NCBI GenBank assembly: GCA_030044325.1
Contig: JASHWA010000013.1
Span: forward strand, 1 to 41,467
DNA length: 41,467 nucleotides
DNA from: Bryobacteraceae bacterium
Lineage (GTDB): Bacteria > Acidobacteriota > Terriglobia > Bryobacterales > Bryobacteraceae
Reading direction: 5' to 3'
The translations under genes were made by a program, and so were the position numbers. A model generated the notes under the pieces. The model did not search any database, had not been told where the DNA came from, and saw nothing but the letters and a program-made list of their open reading frames with translations. Of this stretch, positions 7,857 to 15,104 are shown piece by piece. Each line of letters starts with the position of its first letter. Position 1 is the stretch's first letter.

Positions 7857-8357
7857 TCAAACGGCAGAATCTGCCGTTTTAGTAGGCACCATGACTGACG
7901 CTTCTGATGCGACCTCCTCGGCTTTCTTCTTGTGTTTGGCCATGACAGCAAGAACTTCTTCTCGGGTAGGGCCTACAGGATCAGGATCTCCGGGGTGGTG
8001 CCGGTAGAGGCGCACTTGGTACAGCATCTGCTCGGTTTGCTGGTATGCATTCCATTCCGCGCTACCCTTGGCGAATAGCGGACGGGGAACCCTCGCGGCA
8101 AGCTTCTGCTCAACCTGCCGCCGCACCTCGGGTGCGACCTGCATTTCATCTAATCGCCAATCCACGCGCCGCCAGAAATACTCTTGGTGCGCAATCGCAT
8201 CGATGTGTTCCTCTCTGATGTGGGCCAGATGCGCCAACACCTTCTGCCGAATCTTGCCGTTGACACGATGGCTTTCCACCAGCACGGCATAGAAGGCGCG
8301 CCAGCTTCGCCGCCAGCTTTGGTGTCGTAGAACGCGGCTTTTCCAACGCACGAACAT
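7857..8357 (-). CDS. Hypothetical protein (166 aa)
   Basis: ATG at 8357 is preceded by GGAGG with about 8 nt spacing. The sequence MFVRWKSRVLRHQSW...AVLVESHRVNGKIRQKVLAHLAHIREEH...YFWRRVDWRLDEM recalls a recurrent uncharacterised family near mobile elements. The track ORF starting at 8561 is probably too long. Confidence 0.6.
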   Translation of the reverse strand: MFVRWKSRVLRHQSWRRSWRAFYAVLVESHRVNGKIRQKVLAHLAHIREEHIDAIAHQEYFWRRVDWRLDEMQVAPEVRRQVEQKLAARVPRPLFAKGSAEWNAYQQTEQMLYQVRLYRHHPGDPDPVGPTREEVLAVMAKHKKKAEEVASEASVMVPTKTADSAV

Positions 8358-8897
8358 GTCGATAACCTCCTTGTCCTTTCGTGTCCGTCGATCAGTATGA
8401 AAAGGCGCGCATCGCGACGAACGCGAAACGATGCACTGCCTTGCTGGGACGCAGCCGGACCATGGCTCCTGGGGATAGATAAGAAGAGCCACAGAATCCA
8501 GCAAAGTCAATACGGTTGAGCGAGTCGCAATCGAGTTCCGTGTCGAGCCCCGCAGGTGCATGGAAGCCCTGAGTGCCTTTTTGTGCGACCTCTTTGACCG
8601 TGGTCATGAGTCGCGCCGCATATGGGTCCGCGTGGCGCAACCGAAATTGAGCCGAAATCAAAGCGCAGACCAATCTGCCGAAGGTGTTGACAGGCAACAC
8701 CTGGACGGCGATAAGCGCAACGAGCGCCTCGTCAGGACGCCGGATGTTTCTATCCGCGCCGCGTTTCTGGTGTTCCCCGAGCCCATACCTCCCGTCCCCG
8801 CCTAAACATAAGAACTCAACCGCCGTATGAAGTTGCTGCGTTGCTTAATGAACTTTAATGTTTATGGCTCCGCCCGCAATCTACTTCGGGGTTATAC

Positions 8898-11800
8898 TTG
8901 ACACGCCACATAGCGCCGCTGCTCGCCATGTTCCGCCTACCTTTCGATTTCGATTATTCCGATGGTCCCGTCCGCCATCTCATCAGGCCGCTCCTTGATG
9001 GGCAGGCCATCGACGCCCCGATCGACCAAAAATTGCTTGAATCCATCATGAGCGTCCGTGCTGGCCCGACGTTCTGCATCCAGTGCTGGGGCCTTGGGCC
9101 GGGCACTGTGTTCTTGGAATGCCCAACGCGGGAACCGTCGGTCCCAGTCATGGATGTGCCTCGAGATAACGGGGACGGACCCGAAGAGATACTGCGCTGG
9201 CAGATGAGGCAGCTCCATCGACTCGGATATACAGGGCAGCAGCTCGAACGCGCGATCCATGATTTACTCCGTCCGCCGAAACATCCCGACGCGCAGAGCG
9301 GTCCCGTACTGCTCACTAGGGCCTATTTGACCGGATCGAGATGGAGTGACGAATGGTCCCCACAAACAAGAGTGCTGCCGCAGACCACTGCGAAACCCGA
9401 CAGGGCCACCATCATCTGGTTGCCGTGCTCTGACGGCACGCTCGAATGGAGAAGAACGGATACTTTTATTCGGCTCACCGGCGACGCCGCGCGAAAGCCA
9501 AGCGGCCCTTGTCAAAAAGATGGGTTTGAGCGCGCCCGCGAGGAGGCGCGAAAGGAACGGTCCGTTGTGGCCTCGAAGGACCTGCCTGTCGATGTTGATG
9601 GCTGGGATGAATTTGCACAGTATAGCTATGGTCGCGACATCCCAAAGCAGCTCCTTGATCCGTCGCTCGATGGGATGTTCGACGGCTACGACGCGCAACA
9701 CGGAGAACGATTCGGCCCAGAGTGGAAACGCAAACGACTGGCGTGGCGGAAATCCGCAGTAGTGGACTGCTCTCCGGGCACGACCACCTTCGGCAGCACG
9801 AGGCCGCTGTGCCCCACGAGCGTTCCCCTGAATCGAGGCCACCAACTGCCGGATGGACCCGCGTTTCATGCAATAGAGCGCGAGTTCCACACCAAGCTCA
9901 ATAATTTGCTGCTGGCGCTTGACCTGTATGGTTTCCCGGTTCGGGAGTCGCTCGGTTACTTACTACAGCGGCCCGACGAATTGTTCCGGGCATGGAGGTC
10001 TGCCTGGCGCAAAAAAAAGCGACGCATGCCGGAATTTGAGGAGCGCTGGAGGCAAGCGCCGCGGATTGGTCGCAAGCTAAACATCGAGGCTGAAACGAAC
10101 GCGCTGGCGCTCGCTGCCGCGAATCACTGCGATGAGAGGGTCGCGCTGGCGCTCGCCGGCACGACCGATTCACTGAACGGGGCTATCGATGCGTCCGTTG
10201 CGTTGATCGGTCTCGCGAGCGGCAGAGCCACAATCAACCGGACGCAGATTCAGATCGACTCCGAGCAGATGCTGATCCTCGCTGGCGGCGGGACGGCGGA
10301 CCTGAAGGTCCAGCGCGGCTATGCCGGGACCACCGCGGCAGCGCACTCAAGCGGCGCGACAGTGAAGGTCCCCGGCGGTGCTGAGGTGCCCCTGGGCGAC
10401 CGCGTCTATCTCTCGATGGATGAGATGGTCCGCGATCTCATCAAGATGACAACAGGACGCAAACCTGGGCCCCAGGCACGCGAACGGATAGCTTCCCGGG
10501 GCCGCGGGACGTCGTTAAGGGTACGGCCAGATGGCCGTCCATTGATCAGCGATGTTGCTCGTTTGGATAAACGACTCCGAGACGACCTTGCGCCTGTGTT
10601 GGAGGCGATCAGGCGCGATGCCTTCCTGCCCGACGGGGAAGTCCATTCCGTCCCGCATTGGCTATTCGATTTCGGCAAGCAAGTCCTGGCCTGTATTGGT
10701 CGGATCGACCTAGCCGCGCGCGCCAGAGTCGCGCCTTTCGATCCAAGGTATAAAAAGATCGCGGCAGCCGCCGAACGAAACCGAGTAGATCAGCCCACCG
10801 TAGAGGTGTGGCGTGACATGATCGACCGATGCACCGACCCAGAACACCCAGAATACGGGAACTACGGAGGACGCGGAGTAACGGTCTATCGGCCCTGGAT
10901 GGACCATTGCAACACCAGAAATTGGCGGATTTCTTTTGACCGGTTTACGGCCGACGTTGGGCCGCGACCTCAAACAAGTCCTACACTCACGCGCATAGCG
11001 GAAAATTACTTCTCCTTCCGACCCGCGAAGGTGGGCTACGAACTTGTCCGGCGAGACGAAAACGATAATTACGATCCATTGAACGTCAGATGGGCGCCGC
11101 CCGCGCCACCGGAAACCGCCGAATTGAATCAGAAATTGGCGGATGAAGATGCAGAAGCCTGGGCCCGTGATGGGGAGCATTGCCCCGACGTGAAGGGTCT
11201 TTTGCGGCTCGCGAAGTCCGTGGCGCGCAGCATCACGGCAACAAGACTCCGCGCGGAAATACGTTACAGGTTCGACAGGTTGGTTTCCGAAAGGCCAGCG
11301 TTTCGCGGCAGGGCCGAAAGCTGTACTGCTGTCCCGGTGGACCAGGAGCGAGCGATTACACTCACAGCGTCCGGCCGCGTCATGGCAAGGGCGGCTGGCG
11401 CTGTAATTAAGGAGAAGGGACCGGGTCTGTTGAAAGTATCCCGACCGCGCGGAATCGACGGAAGCGAACTGAAAGTAATCTTCACTCCGTCGTGGGTCGC
11501 GATAACGAATAACCAGATGTGGATCGGAGTGTACAACTCGCTGGGCGAGGGGAATGTTGTAAAGGTATTCCGGTCCCGCGAGGAGGCTCGTGATTTTGCC
11601 AAGAAGGGTTGGCGTAAGGGTGTCAGGAAAACAAAGGCAGCGAGAGACGTCGGCGATGACCCGAAGCAGCACCATCGAAAAAAGGGGATAGCCTTCCGCG
11701 ACGAGGACCTTGAGCAATATGCGTGTGAAGTGTATCTCAGCCAGGCGCGCACAAGAAACCTCCCTGAATACGCTCTTCGACGCTTGATGCGCGAGCGCCT

Positions 11801-14456
11801 GGGTGTTCAAGCGGTGTGGCGGACTAAGACGGGAGCCATAGACGATCCCGGTACGGTCGGCCTTCCTGCCTGGCTAAGCGAGCGGCTGACCCCGGAAGAA
11901 GAAGCGGCCGAGGCGGATATCAGGCCCTTATCCACGACCGACCCGCTTAATGGTTCGCCGAGACCGGTCCATGAACCCCCGACGTTCGCTCCTTGGCCCT
12001 ACGGCGCTACCACGGAGAAACAGAGAGACCGGGGCGGAGAGGACCACGGCGCGGAAGACGCCGAAGACGCCAAAGACCAAGACGGTGCGCACCCAGATCA
12101 CGAGCCAATAATTGATGTCGAGCTACTACTCACCAAGTTGACTGATCGTGAAAAACGAGTATTAGACCGCACCTTGTCAGGCTCCACACAAGAAGAAATC
12201 GGCAAGGAAATTGGCAGGGACCCAACCCGCGTAACAGCCGATCTCAACAGCATCACAGAGAAGTGCGACGATCTGTCGGTCCAGCGGGTTCATGCCTGCT
12301 TCAGCATTGATCCCGATGGATCGGTCGTAGAGGTTCTTGATCCGAATGGATCGGGCGTGGAGTTTCCCGCCTATGCGCCAGTCGCGCTGATTCCCCTGTT
12401 TTTCGAGACAGCGGACTCCCCTCCAAAGCGCATACCGTATCCGCCCGAAGACCTAGCCCGCATCGATGCACTTCGCGAGCGCTGCGGGGAACGACATCGC
12501 GATGAAAACTTATGGCGCAAGCTGCTGAGGAGCCTTGATCGTGAGTGGACAACCCGCATACTTTCCGTGGCCGAGGTGGCCGCCGAAGACGCGCTTGCTC
12601 CTGATTGGATGCTGCTGGCGAGGATTGCTCCCGAGGATTTATGGCATAAAATACTCACCGTGCTTCAGCCGTGGCGTGATGATCCGCGCTGCGATGCTCG
12701 GAAACTTTCTGTCTTGGCCTCGGTGATGCGCAAGGCCGCCGGGGAAGCGGCGCCAGCCAGCAAGACTGACGAGACAGCGATCCCTCTTGGCGCAACGGAA
12801 GAAGAGAAGAAAGAGATAACCCATCGGGCATCGAACGACCGCCTCCATGCAGCATTATTTCGGCAGTCGATTCTGGCCGCCGGCCCGCAGAGGCGCGACG
12901 TCCGCCCGCCGATTGATCGACATGAATGTCCGAGCGGTCCAGCGGGATCAACCCGGCCGTGTACACCCGCGGCTAGCCCGTCTGCCCTCGCGCAATGCGG
13001 GCGATCCACGCTGCCCCGGAATCCGGCGAGGTTTGAACCAGAGCGCACACCCGCCCCATACGTGAGCCGATCAGCGGCGCGAGAGGCGCGATTCGGCAAG
13101 GACGTTCCGCAAATTGAATCCAGCCACATGGAGTTTGAACGCGCTCCGCTGGCGCTGTACCCACTACAGCCCGCGCCATACATGTTCGCGAGGTTCGCGC
13201 CCTATATGTTCGTGAGATGCGCACCCTACATGGGGTCCTTCTGTTCATGGACCGCTTGGGACAAACAGTGGAACGGGAGAAAGCCCAAGAAGGGTGTGTC
13301 CCTGTATCCAATTGCCCAGCCCAAGCCGGGCGAACAAGGATTCTGGTTAAGCCACTTTCCGCCAGACGGCCGTGACGTCGTCTGCTTCTCCGATGCTCTA
13401 AAACATCATGCGTACAGGCTTAAGCACAGTGAGTTTCCATCAGACAGCAAGCTGCTTCAGGACCTCGTGGATCGTCGCCCGCGGTGGGTGTGTACGGGCC
13501 AACCTGATAGTTGTCTCGAAGACCGGCACGGCCCCTGGTTTCCAGCCCCCCTTCCTGGGCGAGATCGCAAGCCGATCTTCAGCGCCCGAAGGCGACTTTG
13601 GAAAGCGCTCGTCCGCTGCATTACAGTAGCGGAGCAATTTAACCGCTCATATTATCCGTGGCTATTTCATCAGGGGCAGAAGGTGTCCTCGACATGGCCT
13701 TTCAGTGGGGAGCCCAGAGCCAAAGAACGCAAGCGGAAGCGCAAGCGCGCTATTCCGCGGCCCGACCCAAGGGCGCTCCGGCCGCTGGTTCGTGTCTGCG
13801 AAGCGCCAAAGAAAGGCTACGCCATAGAGCCCATAGGCGACGACTGGGTGGTATTTTACCCAGGCGGAAATCGTGCAACCTTTCTGAGCAGACCAGATGC
13901 CATCGAGTTTAGCCGGAACCTGACTCCAAGCAAGGAGGCGGAAACGGGGCGGTTGGTGTGGGCTGCGAAATCCGAATCCTTGATCGGCGGTACTTGTCAA
14001 GCATACGGATTCTCCACCGAAGCGGCGGCTCGCGAATGGGCCGCCGCGCCAAAATATCGGAGCGGGTACAGGGCTGATCCTGAAGCCGAAGAACGCGATA
14101 AATGGATCGCGAAGCTCACTGCCTACAAGGCCTCCTATGCTGCTTACGCCAACCTTGCCGAAGGTGATCCCGGTGCCGAACGCGCCTATGCTGACGCCTA
14201 TCACGCCTTCAGGGAATACGCCCGCATCGATCTTGAGATTCATCAAGTCAAGCATCACAAGCCGAGCAAAATCCCGCGGTGGGCGGACGGCGACGAGAGG
14301 CATCGCAGGGGCCGCGACCCGTTTCCTTTGGTTGAACCCACCTTCGCGGCGCACAAGGAGTGGTGGAAGTCGTCAAACATGCTCGCAGGCGCGGAGGCAC
14401 GCCGGAGGGCACATCTCACCCCATCGGATAATTGGCTGTTTTTCATGCCCAGGTAG
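8898..14456 (+). CDS. Giant orphan ORF (1852 codons from TTG 8898; first ATG at 8928) with embedded DNA-binding-like modules and no recognisable enzymatic motif
   Basis: 5.5 kb in one frame without a stop. At about 10800-11105, VEVWRDMIDRCTDPEHPEYGNYGGRGVTVYRPW...FDRFTADVGPRP...LVRRDENDNYDPLNVRWAP matches the W..M..RC...Y..YGGRGI.V...W..F..F..DmGprP...DR.d..g.Y.P.N.RWA module seen in phage HNH/NUMOD-like DNA-binding proteins. At about 12118-12270, LLTKLTDREKRVLDRTLSGSTQEEIGKEIGRDPTRVTADLNSI looks like a sigma-70 region 4 / LuxR-type HTH. I found no Walker A motif. Confidence 0.6.
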   Translation: MTRHIAPLLAMFRLPFDFDYSDGPVRHLIRPLLDGQAIDAPIDQKLLESIMSVRAGPTFCIQCWGLGPGTVFLECPTREPSVPVMDVPRDNGDGPEEILRWQMRQLHRLGYTGQQLERAIHDLLRPPKHPDAQSGPVLLTRAYLTGSRWSDEWSPQTRVLPQTTAKPDRATIIWLPCSDGTLEWRRTDTFIRLTGDAARKPSGPCQKDGFERAREEARKERSVVASKDLPVDVDGWDEFAQYSYGRDIPKQLLDPSLDGMFDGYDAQHGERFGPEWKRKRLAWRKSAVVDCSPGTTTFGSTRPLCPTSVPLNRGHQLPDGPAFHAIEREFHTKLNNLLLALDLYGFPVRESLGYLLQRPDELFRAWRSAWRKKKRRMPEFEERWRQAPRIGRKLNIEAETNALALAAANHCDERVALALAGTTDSLNGAIDASVALIGLASGRATINRTQIQIDSEQMLILAGGGTADLKVQRGYAGTTAAAHSSGATVKVPGGAEVPLGDRVYLSMDEMVRDLIKMTTGRKPGPQARERIASRGRGTSLRVRPDGRPLISDVARLDKRLRDDLAPVLEAIRRDAFLPDGEVHSVPHWLFDFGKQVLACIGRIDLAARARVAPFDPRYKKIAAAAERNRVDQPTVEVWRDMIDRCTDPEHPEYGNYGGRGVTVYRPWMDHCNTRNWRISFDRFTADVGPRPQTSPTLTRIAENYFSFRPAKVGYELVRRDENDNYDPLNVRWAPPAPPETAELNQKLADEDAEAWARDGEHCPDVKGLLRLAKSVARSITATRLRAEIRYRFDRLVSERPAFRGRAESCTAVPVDQERAITLTASGRVMARAAGAVIKEKGPGLLKVSRPRGIDGSELKVIFTPSWVAITNNQMWIGVYNSLGEGNVVKVFRSREEARDFAKKGWRKGVRKTKAARDVGDDPKQHHRKKGIAFRDEDLEQYACEVYLSQARTRNLPEYALRRLMRERLGVQAVWRTKTGAIDDPGTVGLPAWLSERLTPEEEAAEADIRPLSTTDPLNGSPRPVHEPPTFAPWPYGATTEKQRDRGGEDHGAEDAEDAKDQDGAHPDHEPIIDVELLLTKLTDREKRVLDRTLSGSTQEEIGKEIGRDPTRVTADLNSITEKCDDLSVQRVHACFSIDPDGSVVEVLDPNGSGVEFPAYAPVALIPLFFETADSPPKRIPYPPEDLARIDALRERCGERHRDENLWRKLLRSLDREWTTRILSVAEVAAEDALAPDWMLLARIAPEDLWHKILTVLQPWRDDPRCDARKLSVLASVMRKAAGEAAPASKTDETAIPLGATEEEKKEITHRASNDRLHAALFRQSILAAGPQRRDVRPPIDRHECPSGPAGSTRPCTPAASPSALAQCGRSTLPRNPARFEPERTPAPYVSRSAAREARFGKDVPQIESSHMEFERAPLALYPLQPAPYMFARFAPYMFVRCAPYMGSFCSWTAWDKQWNGRKPKKGVSLYPIAQPKPGEQGFWLSHFPPDGRDVVCFSDALKHHAYRLKHSEFPSDSKLLQDLVDRRPRWVCTGQPDSCLEDRHGPWFPAPLPGRDRKPIFSARRRLWKALVRCITVAEQFNRSYYPWLFHQGQKVSSTWPFSGEPRAKERKRKRKRAIPRPDPRALRPLVRVCEAPKKGYAIEPIGDDWVVFYPGGNRATFLSRPDAIEFSRNLTPSKEAETGRLVWAAKSESLIGGTCQAYGFSTEAAAREWAAAPKYRSGYRADPEAEERDKWIAKLTAYKASYAAYANLAEGDPGAERAYADAYHAFREYARIDLEIHQVKHHKPSKIPRWADGDERHRRGRDPFPLVEPTFAAHKEWWKSSNMLAGAEARRRAHLTPSDNWLFFMPR
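13172..13234. repeat. Three tandem imperfect repeats GCGCC(A/C)TA(C/T)ATGTTCG(C/T)GAG inside the giant ORF
   Basis: GCGCCATACATGTTCGCGAGGTTC, GCGCCCTATATGTTCGTGAGAT and GCGCACCCTACATGGGG. These translate as APYMFARF, APYMFVRC and APYMGSF. Each unit contains the ACATGT palindrome or a near variant. Confidence 0.55.
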
Positions 14457-14893
14457 CCGGGATTCCGAATCTTAGCAGTTCACGCCGTTAGCGTCGTCCC
14501 GCCACTTCGCTACGATGCCTTCGAGATCGTGCTCGCAGGCCCGGCGGAACAGGGCGCGGCCGTCCCGATCGAAGTGGTGGGCCAGCAGAATGCGCGGATG
14601 GTCGCGGACAACACGCTTCAGGATCTCCTTCCGGTTCATCAGCGGCAGCGCCCGCAGATCGTGGCCGCCATGCATGAGGCAGTCGAAGGCGTAGAATACC
14701 GGCTCGCCTCGGCGCCGCAGCAGCTCGTAGAACTGCGGCCTGCCGCTCGCGTCGAGCACAACAATCTCGCCATCGAGGACCGCCTCACGGTTCAGCGACC
14801 GGAGCGATTCCCGAAGCACGGCGAAACTCTTGTACGGATTGCCACGCCGGGAAATGAGCCGCACGTCGGCTCCGGTCACGATCCAGTTTTACT
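14453..14893 (-). pseudogene. ATP-dependent DNA ligase (LigD-type ligase domain) remnant A, lacking both the N-terminus and the C-terminus
   Basis: ADVRLISRRGNPYKSF...EAVLDGEIVVLDASGRPQFYELLRRRGEPVFYAFDCLMHGGHDLRALPLMNRKEILKRVV...LEGIVAKWRDD. There is no KxDG adenylation motif, and stop codons sit just upstream (S*E*NWIVTG). After a frameshift the reading continues as KIRNPGY down to 14453. Confidence 0.7.
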
Positions 14894-15104
14894 CTCAGCT
14901 AGCGAACGTTATTGTGGTGGTCAGGTTCCCGTTTGGCATACGAAGGCTCATCGTAAACTGGCGCACCGTGCACGTCTACCGGACTGACTCGGTCTCTTCT
15001 TCCGGCGTCGGGCGCACTGTCGAGTCTTTTTTCCACAAGAGGCAACGACGCGCGTAATCCTTTTACTACTTTTGATCGACAAAATCGGGAGGAGGGGAAG
15101 GCAG

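Larger units (their letters stand above)
1..14456. mobile_element. Putative integrative element (satellite-like or integrative replicon): int-xis, replication module, terS-like gene, giant orphan ORF. The left end lies outside the window; the right end is inferred at about 14450.
   Basis: Integrase and excisionase at the left edge. Helicase and initiator genes show ATGA overlap coupling. No virion genes. The right boundary is inferred where homology to an ATP-dependent ligase remnant begins, exactly at the stop codon of the giant ORF. Confidence 0.6.

Noticed and set aside
7315-7860. 181-aa minus-strand ORF in the long gap
   Set aside because: Very Arg-rich, with no RBS and no recognisable motif. 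I treat the region as non-coding or unknown.
8928-9200. Possible archaeo-eukaryotic primase (AEP) motif I (PFDFDY) at the N-terminus of the giant ORF
   Set aside because: I found no downstream sGxGxH-type motif II or motif III. WGLGPGTVFLE lacks the His. A single DxD is too weak.
10710-11810. 366-aa ORF on the minus strand inside the giant ORF region
   Set aside because: It is antisense to a frame that stays open for 5.5 kb, and its composition is Arg/Ser/Pro-rich and unprotein-like. This is a typical shadow ORF of GC-rich coding DNA.
14380-14453. Possible continuation of ligase remnant A under the 3' end of the giant ORF (shared AGCCAAT after a 15-nt insertion)
   Set aside because: Only a 7-mer plus scattered matches; the translated frames show no ligase-like sequence beyond KIRNPGY. 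I treated it as chance, pending a proper alignment.
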